From: Antedon mediterranea
Taxonomy: Eukaryota > Animalia > Echinodermata
DNA length: 64,000 bases
Reading direction: 5' to 3'
Assembly: GCF_964355755.1 (NCBI RefSeq)
Contig: NC_092680.1
Location: 17,307,045 to 17,371,044 of the forward strand
The translations under genes were made by a program, and so were the position numbers. A model generated the notes under the pieces. It ran no database searches. It saw only the letters and a program-made list of their open reading frames with translations, and was not told the DNA's origin. Numbering within the stretch: position 1 is the first letter of the stretch; every line of letters begins with the position of its first letter. This document shows, in pieces, positions 33,401 to 45,033 of the stretch.

Positions 33401-36400
33401 CGCCACCTTAGTCTCTAGGTCACAGAAATCCGTTCATAATACCCATGGTGAGATTAACAGTTAGTAGTTATTTTTATTTCATTTCTGATATTTTGTTTTG
33501 AATATAATTGAACAATAGAAGGTTTGCAGGAATAATTGTGAGAATGAACAGAATATTTTATTATTATATTTGAATTTTGATTTTCCCAGAGACCAAAGCA
33601 CTGTACAAAAATAGATGAAAAGTTTACAATACAATTACAACAGCTAAAAATATATTAATGATCAATTACCCAGGCAATGATATAATTGACACATCTGCAA
33701 AAACATAATTATATATCTTTTATTGAATGAATGTTTGTTATTATTTATTTATACTGCGCGACCTCTTCAGTCAAAGTCTGGTCCAGAGAGCCCAGTTATG
33801 ATCAATGGCTGTGTGTGAACTAGTACACTGGGGTAACTCCCTACTCGACTCGAAACATGTACTAGGTTCTTTAGTGCACATGAGCTAGAAGTGTACACTA
33901 GACCTACAGGTTATAGTCCTAATCCGAGAAGACTCGTTCTACCACCAGAACCATGGAGTGTGTGAGCCTCAAACCCTTGCTGATGTCATGGCTATTTGTG
34001 CAGATAGGTTTAAGACTCACTCATCTTTTATCGACGCATCTACTGAACACTCTTGTATATACTGTATGCTTTTCTGTTAAAACAATGTTCTTTTTCTTTG
34101 ATGGTTTGTCTTTTAACAGATAGCAGTAGCTCACCACTGCCATCAAACCATGTGACATCAGGTATCCAATCAACAACAAAATAATATTGATGTCATATAA
34201 ATAGTACATCCTCTTGTGTTCTAATGTTTCGTTTACATTAATGATTCTTGTGTTCTGCCGCTGCTTATTAATACACCCCTGTGCTACTTTGATATGTAGG
34301 GGCGGTCAGAGGTGGGCAAGGTCTTACAGACTAATTTCTTTTACCGAAGACAATGATGTTTATTTATTACCACTAGAAAGTTAATATTAGAAGTTCTAGA
34401 TTGCGCAATGTGATGATGATCTTCAAACTAATCAGGGTCACATGATTATTCTTCCCTCATCCTGATGATTACCCTGTACATACTTTTACAAAAAGAGCAA
34501 TCCGAAGAAACCATCATACAGTCATGTCAACTTTCCCAAGTAGTTGGAGTTGAGAGTTAGTTAGGCTATAGAGGTTTTGTAGAAATATTTGTATATCCTT
34601 CTGTTGATGTTCTCATGCAATAACACTTTTCTTTTATTCAAAAGCATTGTCATGATGTCTGTATCATGGTAGAAAATCAAATGAATAATATGATATATAT
34701 AGTGATTGTGCATGCTAAATTATATATTTACAGCCATTTGTTGTGCATGTTTCTAAAACTATATTATTAGTCTAACTTTATGTTGGAATCGCTGATATCA
34801 TTACCAACAAAAATAATCCTAAAAATCAATGTTTATTCAATTATAATTATTATTGACTACATCATCACCATTAAATAAGGGCATTTATAATAATATTATA
34901 GACAACATCCTCATCATCATCTTTTAATTTATTGTAATACTCATCATTATTATGATCATTATTCTTTTCATCAGTAAATTATGATCATCATATCACTAAC
35001 ATTGTGTATTAAAATCATATTCATTTAAGTTACATCATGTTTTCTATAAAACTATTAAAAATATGAATACTTTATTATAACTAATTTGTTTGTATCATGT
35101 TAGTTGCTGACAAGGTGATCTTCTCCGAGAGCCCTTCATTACCAGGCGTTGCTATCGTCTACAGGCCACCAGAAGTTAGAGGCACCAACCCAGACAGATT
35201 AAACCTAGACAGGTAAGTTACAATTCCCTTTAAGCGTGGTTCCCACTAGAACGCAACGCTACGTAACACAGCGATGTATCGACGCAAAGTGCTGTATTGT
35301 GTAGTCACAAGTGAGAACCGATGATGCACTAGTGCTGCAAAACATTGCTACGGGTTTGATTTCACGCAACAACGCAAGACAAAAGACACTGAGAGTGAGA
35401 GACATAGTACAGCGCGTACTCAAAAGTACGCGAGGTGAACAAATTCTATGGCAACTAACATTGACGCGCAACAAGCAGGTTTGATTTCACAAAGACGGGG
35501 CAACTACAATCATTGAAAGGGCATTTACTTATGTTGCGTCGCTAGTGGGAACCAATTTAACAGAAGTGATTGAATTTAAGTTTGATATGTTGAGGTATAC
35601 AAAGCTTTAAGAAAGCCTGCTATGGGCCTTGCCATGTACTGTACTGTACCATTCATCTGGTTGACATTATACAGTAGAACCAGTTGACACCTTTGGGATC
35701 CAACCAAGAATATAGGGGTGTGTTGGGTGCTTTAAAATTGACTTTATGGTATATTTTGAGTATAATACAGTAATAATATGTATATTTAATGGGAAGGGGT
35801 CCCTTTAATTTGAGTGTACGCTGAATAGGAGTTGGGAAAGTGTCCCCTTAACACGTTCACTGCCACGGCGTATTTATACGTCAAAAATTGCGTGTCGCTA
35901 CTTGCCAAGACGTAATACTACGTCAAAATCGTAGCACTTTTGTATTGTATGTAGAATCGCTGGCAGTGGTGATTGGAACAGGAATTATCGCATGGCAGTT
36001 TATGAATGATGTACGTAAACGATAATCTAAAAATAAATGTCATATGTTTGTTTGTGTTTATTCCCTCATGCATTGAATATGGTTGATACGATGGCGCCCT
36101 CACACTCAATATAATCATCTCAAACATGTCATAAATTGCGCTAATAGTAAATAAAAATAATAAAGGATGAAATGATTCAGTGTGGTTTACTGTTTTTATC
36201 TCTCGATGATAGGTTTGACCGATTTTAGCGCGGAAAATCCCCGACGTATATTTACGTTCCTGGCAAAGTCAATAAAATTGTTGGACCATTGCCAGTGACG
36301 TATTTATACGTCTCAACGGTTTTTCCCGCCATCGTATTTTGAATGACATCATGATAGTCTGTGACCAGATGTTACACTTTCAAACTGTAATTTAATATGT

Positions 36401-39400
36401 AAACGGGACTTGGCACTGGGACAGAAATTACGGAAAATGCCTTGGCAGTCAATGTGTTAATAGGGGTGTCCCAAAGAAGAGTTTACTCTACTGAACGTAT
36501 GTGTTTTTCTTGCGTAATTATTGTTGAATTTTATTTGTACTTTGCAGGAGGCGGCTAACAGCATGCCCAATTCTAGAGGGCGAGGAAAATTTACGTCTTC
36601 TCAACTTTCAGCATAATTCCATCAGCATCATAGAGCGTGTCAGTAGCCTTCGGCGACTCATCTTTCTTGATCTGTATGACAATAGAATTGAAGAGATATC
36701 TGGACTTGATGGTCTGAAGTCACTACGAGTTTTGATGCTTGGAAAGAATAGGTGAGAATGGACTGACTTATTTTAACCCGTGGGCATGCCTTAAAGTTTA
36801 TTATGAAACTTGTTATGACTTCCATCCACACACTTACCTTGTTTATATTATCATTTGTATTGGAAGGTAAAAGTATTTATATTATCCTCAAACTGAGGAA
36901 ATTCAGATTAGGCCCTACAGCAGCCAGCAGTGCAGTGCCTACCAGATCAGCACACAGGGAGACTATCTCCTACTCTTTGTGGAATAGTGTACCTAGTTCT
37001 TTAACGTGCACTATGTATACGTCCCATCCAAAGGATGGGCAATGAGAATAAAGCATCTTGCCTAAGGATACAGTTAATATGGTACAGAGGCTCGAACCCA
37101 TGCTTATCAAATATTAGTCCGATATTATCATTACACCATCACTCTCTGGTATACAGCACCCGCCGCGATTCCATACGGTTTCCCATCCAGAATGCAACCA
37201 GGCCCAACATTGCTTCGGTGATCTGACGAGAACCGGTGTTTCAATGCTGTATGGCCGTATATATATTTCTTAAGTCACTCATTGTATTTTGTATATACAG
37301 TGTACTTTGTGTGTGGTAAAACAATAAAAAAACAGTTTAGAACTGTTTTATTATCTCTACTTGACAGTAACCCTACAGTAGTTTTATTTCATTTTCTAGA
37401 CTAATTGTAGTTCATGTACAGTATGCCAAATCCGTTTTTTACTGTATGTTCAACTGTCATATTCTTGAAATTCATAAACTATATTTCTTGTCTTTCAGAA
37501 TAAAGAAAATAGAAAATCTAGATACACTACTAAAGCTGGATGTTCTTGACCTTCATGGCAACCAGATTAAAGATGTGGAGAACCTTGGCCACTTAGAAGA
37601 ACTAAGAGTTTTGAATCTTGCTGGAAATAACATCACAACAGTACAGAACCTTCTTGGGATGGATTCCTTAACAGAACTCAATTTGCGCAGAAATAAAATC
37701 ACAATTGTTGTAAGTTTTATTATCACTACTGATTTTCTGTATAAATTAAAGTAACATTCAACATGCTTGTGTGCCAATAATTGCATCAGTCATTTAAGTC
37801 AATTAAGCTCTGTCTACACTATCAAACTAGTTTGAGAAAAAAAAAATGTGATCTACCCAAATATGGTAGTGATATGCCCAAATATGGTAGTGATATGACA
37901 TCATAGTGAGTGAGTGGCCGAGCGGTTAAGACAGTGGAACCGTAATTACCTAGCCATAACATCGGCAGGGGTTCGAGGCTCACTCACTCCATGGTTCTGG
38001 TGGTAGAACGAGTCTTCTCGGATAAGGACTATAAACCGTAGGTCCAATGTACACATCTAGATCGTGTGCACTTTAAAGAACCTAGTACATCTTTCGAGAT
38101 GAGTAGGGGGTTACCCCGGTGTATTAGTACATCACAGCCATTGATCACCAACTGGGCCCTATGGGAGACCAGTCATTGACTGAAGAGGTTACCCAGTATA
38201 AATATATATTTCAATCATCATGTACATATATGGGCACATCACATTTTTTTGTCACATGAAGTTTGATAGAGTGTAGACAGAGCTTAAGTCAGATGTTTTG
38301 CCAAACTTCTCTGGTATTATAACTCACTAGGTAAAACCATATTTTATGTGCTGATGTCACAAATCGCTTTATGCTGACCAACAACACTAATTTGTATATA
38401 GGAAACACCTTTCTTATTTTTATTTTATTTATGTTGTATTTTCTTTTTATGTTTTAATAAAAGGGTCATGCAAAAACAGAATTGTGAACTTCTTAAATGC
38501 AGGATCATTGCCATCAAGTAACGCTGTAATTGTAAAGTTATAAACGATGAATAAATACATTTGAATGAATGAATGAAATTCTATTACAATTTCCCGTTCG
38601 TAAAAATACCTAATATTATTATGTTATATGTTGAGTTGTTAAAGAGTTCTCTTCTAATGTGTATGTTTTTTTTTATTTCAGGAGGATGTCGACAATTTAC
38701 CCACACTTCAGAGGCTTTTTTTAAGCTTTAACTGTATTGCAAGGTTAGTATTATATAGATTTAGCACATTTGTCTTCTAGACAGGAATTCATTTAATGTT
38801 CACTCTTATTGCGTTCACTCTTGTTATGTTCAGTCTTAATATGTTCACTCTTATTATTTTCACTCTTTTGTTTACTCTTAATATGTTCACTCTTTTTATG
38901 TTCACTCTTATTATGTTCACTCTTGTTATGTTGAGTCTTTTTATGTTGAGTCTTTTTATTTTCACTCTTTTGTTTACTCTTAATATGTTCACTCTTTTTA
39001 TGTTCACTCTTATTATGTTCACTCTTTTTATGTTCACTCTTTTCAGTATTTTTATGTTCACTCTTTTTATGTTCACTCTTATTATGTTCACTCTTTTTAT
39101 GTTCACTCTTTTCAGTATTTTTATGTTCACTCTTTATGTTCACTCTTATTATGTTCAGAATTTTTATGTTTACTCTTATGTTCACTCTTATGTTCAGTTT
39201 TATTACTATAATTTATTGATTTATTTTTATACACAGTGTAAAGAATACTTTTTGATTTTTCGTTTGATTTAGATTTATTAAAATTAAATTATTAATTTAT
39301 TATTAAAACAAATTCATTTTTCCAACTTATTTTTCATGTATTATTTGCATATGTATTTGTGTTATACTCTAAACCTATTTTTGTACAGTTTTGAGGACAT

Positions 39401-42400
39401 CTCATGCCTTGGTGATAGTACATCACTTACTGAATTATCATTGGATGGCAACCCCTTGTCACATGATTCATACTATAAACAGACGATTCTACGGAATGTA
39501 TTCCAGCTAAAACAACTAGATATGAAACGAATTACGGTATGTTGATCAATTTTCAAAATGTACACTTCTACTTTGCAATTATCACGTTGGTATAGTCCCT
39601 AGTCTAGATGTTGTATGAATGCCAGGCTAGTGATCTGGAGATTGTGGGTTTAAGCCCCACCCGGAAATCACTTATCATATACAGAGTACACAGTATTCCA
39701 TCAGGCTAAGGCAAAACATTTAACGAATTATCTTTAAATTTAGCTACTTAAATACAGTAGTTTCTTTACACAAAGCTATTTTTTATTATCATTATTATTA
39801 TCCCCATCATCTTTGTATCATTATGTGTATCTTTGTTATTCATTTTAAACCTAGTTGACTCTGAATAAAAGTTTGATACTTTAAACTATATTTTGTAGGA
39901 TGAAGAGAAACGAATGGCCAGTGTATTAGCACGGAAGGAAGAAGAAAAGAAACGAGAGGTCAATAAGGTTGCCATTCTAAAGGTACATACATGTGGAAAA
40001 GTCTGTGTACACTATCAAACTTTATGTGATGTGCCCATATTTGGACACGCTGATGTCATATTACTACCACATTTGGGCACATCACACTTTTTTTGTCACT
40101 AGTTTGATAGCATGGACAGAGCTTAAGACTTCTGTCAAGATTTATTAAGTGGTTATTGATACTAATCAACTGTATCCATGCTTTGTTTTTAGGAAAAAAG
40201 GAGAATCGCAATTAAGAATGCTGCACGCCAGTGGGAGATAACAAAAGGCATAGCGATTGCTAAAACATCACGTCTACAACAATCCCTGTGTAGCAGTGGA
40301 GACAGTAGCCCGCAAGGTTCTCCAATAAAAAGTAGGCCAAGGTAAGGCACATACAGTGTACTAGAGTGAAATTACAATCCCACTGCTGATTAGATATGAC
40401 AAGTTATTTTAGTCTGTCATGCTATCAACAATGTGGCTTTAATATTACAAACCTTTTTATAATAAACAGGTATTCCAACCATAAAACAAGGAGCAACAGG
40501 GTAGTGTGTTGTAGTATAGTAATTACTGATTCGGAAAGAGACGATATACATTAATCGTGCTTAAAAACGCACCAAAATTATAACTTAGTGTCTTTCTTTC
40601 TTTATCAATATTTTAGAGCATATGGCCTAACCCACTATTATTTTATAATTTGCAATTAAATTTGCTGCTGGTTATATGAAGAAATAACAAAATAAATTTG
40701 TTTGGTAGCTCAGCAGAATCTCAAGACAAATCAATGGATTTAATACATCACAAGCCACCAAGCAGACCAAGCAGGCCCTCTAGTGCCAAGATGTCTAGAC
40801 CAAGTAGCGCTTCAAGACATTCTAGAGCTCCAACTCCTGATCTATTAGCCAAGTAAGATGTTCAATATTGTGAAAATAAGAGATTGCATGCTTCTAGCCT
40901 AACTGGATAAACCAACATTGGCTGTGCTACAACTTTGAAGAGATAAAACACCCCACCCCCATTAGTTAATAGTAAAATCCATGATAGTATCTCTCTGTGA
41001 AGACAGGCAAAATTGACCCATATGGAAATAGCAAAGTAATTTAGAAGTCTTTGTTTGAGGCGGTACAAATATGTTTTTTTTTTTACAGCACTCCAGAAAA
41101 TGACCTTTGTCATCTAGCAGAACTAGAGGGCGACACACTTCATCTGTACGGGCCTGGATCGTTGGATTCTTTAGAAAAGAACTGGGGAATCCAAGCAGCT
41201 GGCAGTGTCAACAATGTGTCTTTTATGTTTATAGAGTTTGATAAGATTGCAAGACATCTACACAAACTTAGAATTAGATTTCCAAATGTTTCAGTAAGTT
41301 TAAATAATGTTAGACAAGCTTGGCTCCCACCAATCAAAGCAACTGATGCTTAGTTGTTACATTACTTACATTGTGCGTACAGTGCAGTGCGAACCAACCT
41401 TTAATTTCACTTCCCTTTTAGTGGAGTTGTGGCTTGGTGGTTATGATGTTTGGCTACCGCTCCAAGGGTCTTGGGGTTCAAGTCCCATCAAGATTAAATT
41501 ACAACTCCACTCCTAAAGACTTGTAATAAGACTTTGTTTATGTAGAGCATGTTGTGTATATGTTTGTCTTGTGAATCTCTGAAGGTCCCTAATGATCAGC
41601 AATTGCTGGATGGATCACCCTCATTAATTATAGTCAAAAAAAAGAAGAAAAAAACAAGGGGGATTGCATATTTTGATACACAAAAAAAGGACAATGGACT
41701 ATAAATTAATCTCTTTCAGTAGATTACTATAACCAACTGTTATCTCTTTCAGAATGTCACCTTTAGCGAGTGTAATATATGTACACTACAGCAGCTGAAT
41801 GCATTAACAAGTTTAAAACGACTTGAAAACATCTCAATATCCAAAGAAGGCAACCCAATAACCAGCTTCACTTTATGGAAGCTCTATCTACTTTATAGGT
41901 TATCACACTTCAACCTAAAGAAAATAAATGATGAAGAGGTATGCAGTAATATGGACTATTCCATTTTTTTAGAGTGTGCATAAGGTTGTATAATAGTTGC
42001 TACTGCAGCAAAGTTATATTAGAATAATGGTATTTTTAGGTTATCCAGATATGTACACACATAACCAACATCACTTTGAATCTTACCTATAATAAAATGC
42101 AGATTTCTGTTTATTATTAAATATATATATATATCTATATTTTTTAGGTGACAATAGAATTAATATCAAAGGCAGGTAGATTTTTTTCGCCAATCAGTAA
42201 GCTGTCTGCATCTCAACTGCCTTCCTACAGGAGCCTAAGCCTACTTGGTGACGTAACACGCAAGTACACTCAAGGCCTAACTGAGCTTGAGTTGAAAGCT
42301 AAAAAGGAGCTTGTAACAGAGCAGAAAGCCACTCCTGAACACCTTGCTAAGGCTGGTTTGCAGTACTTTTCAGAAGCAGCACTTGAGAATATGGAAAAGG

Positions 42401-43168
42401 TACAACATATGTATGATTTCATGTGTTCTTGCTAGATTCTAAGATATCTGAAAACAAATAAGTTGTAATATTATCTTTTACGTTTTTCATTTCAAAATTT
42501 GTCATGTTATTGTTAGTTATACACTAAAATATTGGACCAACCCTGTTATTATCAGCCAGATGACAATTTGTTATCATTTTAATGCTCTTTTCAATGATAT
42601 GATAATATAACATTTCTTGAATATGACCTTTTTTGTCACATACCTGCATTATGTATATCCACATCTCTAAAGCTCTGTCTACACTATCAAACTAGTGTGA
42701 TGTGCCCTATTATAATAATGGTAGTGATATGATGTAATTGTGTCTGTTTAGGGGCACATCACATTAATTTGTTACATAAAATCTGATAGTGTAGACAGAG
42801 CTTTATCCATTTCAGTGGAGGATCCAGGATTTTGAAATGGGAGTGCCAAGGTCCTAATAATTATGAAGTATGTATGTATGTATTAATGATATAAAATTAT
42901 ACATTTGATTGAAAAATATATTACAATATTACTATGTTTGTTTTTCCGCTTTTTTTAGGAGCAAACTGTTCACCAACATTTTGCAAAGAAGTACATAAAG
43001 CAATTGACACATGAAGCAATAAGAGCTGACAAAAAGAAAACAAAGCTTTACCAAATATGGCCACAGATATTTGTGGAGATGATAACAGATGCTGTTATCG
43101 AAATGCAAGATGTGGATGTTTATACAAAACAGAACTTTCAAAAACTTATGTCAAAGAAAGGTCACTGA
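30488..43168 (+). CDS. LRRC49: Leucine-rich repeat-containing protein 49 (centriolar satellite / tubulin polyglutamylase complex), 15 exons in this span
   Basis: Exons: 30488-30562, 32494-32632, 33247-33447, 35104-35212, 36548-36751, 37499-37709, 38682-38743, 39389-39536, 39899-39982, 40193-40341, 40709-40852, 41089-41293, 41753-41938, 42148-42399, 42959-43168 (TGA); all GT-AG and phase-consistent. It has SDS22-like LRRs (LRLLNFQHN, LDLYDNRIEEISGL, LDVLDLHGNQI) and LRRC49-specific segments QLKQLDMKRITDEEKRMASVLARKEEEKKRE, ELEGDTLHLYGPGSLDSLEKNWG, GNPITSFTLWKLYLLYRLSHF and QIWPQIFVEMITDAVIEM. The first three listed exons are less conserved. Confidence 0.93.
30711..30892 (+). mobile_element. 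5'-truncated Deu-domain SINE (family 2)
   Basis: It is colinear with the minus-strand copy at 36873-37030 (TACATAGTGCACGTTA.AGAACT...AGGAGATAGTCTCC...TTTCCTCAGTTT). Confidence 0.7.
33735..34022 (-). mobile_element. tRNA-derived Deu-domain SINE (family 1)
   Basis: Reverse-complement copy of 37905-38213. Confidence 0.8.
35852..36456. mobile_element. piggyBac-like non-autonomous element with TTAA target-site duplication
   Basis: TTAA|CACGTTCACTGCCA...TGGCAGTCAATGTG|TTAA. It is inserted into a CAGTAGAACC...CTACTG Tc1/mariner-type MITE (~35672-36493). Confidence 0.8.
36873..37150 (-). mobile_element. tRNA-headed Deu-domain SINE (family 2)
   Basis: On the minus strand it has an A-box TGGTGTAATG and a B-box GGGTTCGAGCC, then GCACGTTAAAGAAC...AAGAGTAGG (Deu/Nin-like). 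Confidence 0.7.
37152..37259 (-). pseudogene. 5S rRNA-derived sequence (degenerate pseudogene or SINE head)
   Basis: The minus-strand sequence TACGGCCATACAGCATTGAAACACCGGTTCTCGTCAGATCACCGAAG-CAATGTTGGGCCTGGTTGCATTCTGGATGGGAAACCG...GGTGCTGTA aligns to metazoan 5S rRNA, with a deletion in box A and several substitutions. Confidence 0.85.
37905..38213 (+). mobile_element. tRNA-derived Deu-domain SINE (family 1), nested in MITE D
   Basis: A-box TGGCCGAGCGG and B-box GGTTCGAGGC are followed by CGGATAAGGACTATAAACCGTAGGTCC...GCACTTTAAAGAACC...TTCGAGATGAGTAGGGGGTTACCCCGGTGT. The MITE D halves resume on both sides. Confidence 0.85.
38795..39200. repeat. ~15-bp minisatellite (ATGTTCACTCTTTTT variants)
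   Basis: Directly visible tandem array in an LRRC49 intron. It accounts for three spurious ORFs. Confidence 0.95.
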
Positions 43169-44054
43169 ATGATGGTGGAAGAGTGACATTAAGTGATGTC
43201 AGTGTGAAGAATTGATAGAAGTTGAATGAGCAGGCAGAGGCATGCTTTCAATGTTTGAGAATGAAAGTTGATGGAGTGTTACCAAAGAAATATGATCCGC
43301 GATGGTGAATATGAAAAGTTATATGAAATATATGTTGAAAGAGAAGGTGAGTGAGTGAGCAGGCAAAGGAATACATGGAGTTTGAAATATGTTGGAGTGA
43401 TGAAAAAACAACAGTGGTGAATGATATGTAAGAAGAATGAGATATGTCAAGATAGTGATGAGTGGTGAGATAGATTCCTGATGCTTGGAGGATGTAAAAA
43501 GTGATCTTATTGAATATAATATTCAGTGTCAGTAATGCTAAAGGTTGTTAAGAGATATTAGCAAGCCATCCTTAGGGACAGTAGATGAAAGACAAGTGGA
43601 ACATCTTTTCCATCATGGCATGTTAAATTTGTACCTTCTGTCCATAAACAAAAGATGGCTATTGTATGCGACTTAGAACCACCAGGTGTGAAAAAAACAA
43701 TGTGTCTTGAAATGTGATGCAAGTTGATGCTGGTTGACATGAGGCTTAAAGCTCTGTCTACACTATCAAACTAGTTTGACAAAAAAAAGGTGCGATGTGC
43801 TCAAATATGGTAGTGATATGACATCATCATGTCCATATATGGGCACATCACATTTTTTTTGTCACATAAAGTTTGATAGTGTAGACAAAGCTTAAACACT
43901 TTATGATGGTGATTGAAAGAAATTGGATGAATTATGAAGTGAATAAAAGATGCAATACGTAGATTTTTAATACATTTTAACACTTTGCTATTACTGTAGT
44001 TAAATATAATAGAGACTCTAGTATGTTATGCCCAAATGACGGGGATAGTCTTAA

Positions 44055-44350
44055 AGTAGAACTCCTCCACTATTAAAGGGGACAATTTCCTATGAAACAA
44101 ACAGGAGGGAATATGTGTTTTAATACTAAAGCCAACCCATATTAAGGGGACAATTTCCTATGAAACAAACAGGAGGAAATATTTTTTAACACTACAGCCA
44201 ACCCTATTAAGAAGACAATTTCCTATGAAACAAACAGGAGGGAATGTGTTTTAATACTATACAGCCAAACCTTATTAAAGGGGACACTTTCTTATGAAAC
44301 AAACAGGAGGGAATATGTGTTAACAGCCAACCCCTATTAGGGGAACACTT
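44055..44350. repeat. ~65-bp tandem repeat, 4-5 units
   Basis: The unit TATTAAGGGGACAATTTCCTATGAAACAAACAGGAGGGAATAT...AGCCAACCC is repeated. Confidence 0.85.
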
Positions 44351-44669
44351 TGTAGGGCCCTTTTCTGTATTTCTACATCGTTGGGTATATGGTTTACATA
44401 CACTCTTGTATGCAAGTATTCAAATACTGTTTACCAGATAAACAGAAACAATATACAACTACAATGTTTACACTAATGGTTGACTCTTTATTTTTTACGA
44501 CATTTAAGAACACAAAAACTGTTTTTATTTGTATGATTTAAATCTTGTTCTGTGTGATTACTTTGGTATAGACTTCATTTTTGTACAACCAAAAATATTC
44601 ACATTATTGTGGGATATAAACATGTAGCGACATTCTGGTTGTACAAAAACAATTATCCACATACAGTAC

Positions 44670-45033
44670 AGTAGAACACCACCTTTGGGACAGCCTTATT
44701 CACGGAAACACCCCTATTATTAAAGCGTGGTTCCCACTAGCGACGCAAGTGAATTGACCAATCACAAGCGATGGCTTATTCGCTTGTGATTGCTAACTGT
44801 TTATAACTTTGCTTGTCATTGGTTAAAACATTTGCGTTACGTTTACGTCCTTGCATTACGTTATAGTGGGAACCAAGCTTTAGGGTGAACATGAATGAGG
44901 GGCAATATATATTTTAACACTATGGGCCACTTCTAATTATGGGCCACTTCTAATTATGGGCCACTTCTAATTATGGGCCACTTCTATATTAAGGGGACAC
45001 TTTGGTGGTGTCCTCTTAATAGGGGTTCTATAG
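44670..45033. mobile_element. Tc1/mariner-type MITE with nested MITE C and a 17-bp tandem repeat
   Basis: CAGTAGAAC... to ...TAATAGGGGTTCTATAG, with MITE C at 44724-44879 and (TATGGGCCACTTCTAAT)x4 at ~44921-44987. Confidence 0.6.

Noticed and set aside
37152-37259. Functional 5S rRNA gene
   Set aside because: It has a deletion in box A, many substitutions, truncated terminal stems and no oligo-T terminator or tandem array.
37905-37990. Possible tRNA gene
   Set aside because: A/B boxes are present, but the anticodon arm is not canonical and the sequence continues into a multi-copy SINE body.
38789-39272. Three overlapping repetitive ORFs (RVNIK, KSEH, MFTL)
   Set aside because: Translations of a 15-bp intronic minisatellite with no splice or homology support.
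43170-43510. Purine-rich GA/AT stretch after the LRRC49 stop
   Set aside because: Low-complexity 3' UTR-like sequence with no ORF or clear repeat unit.
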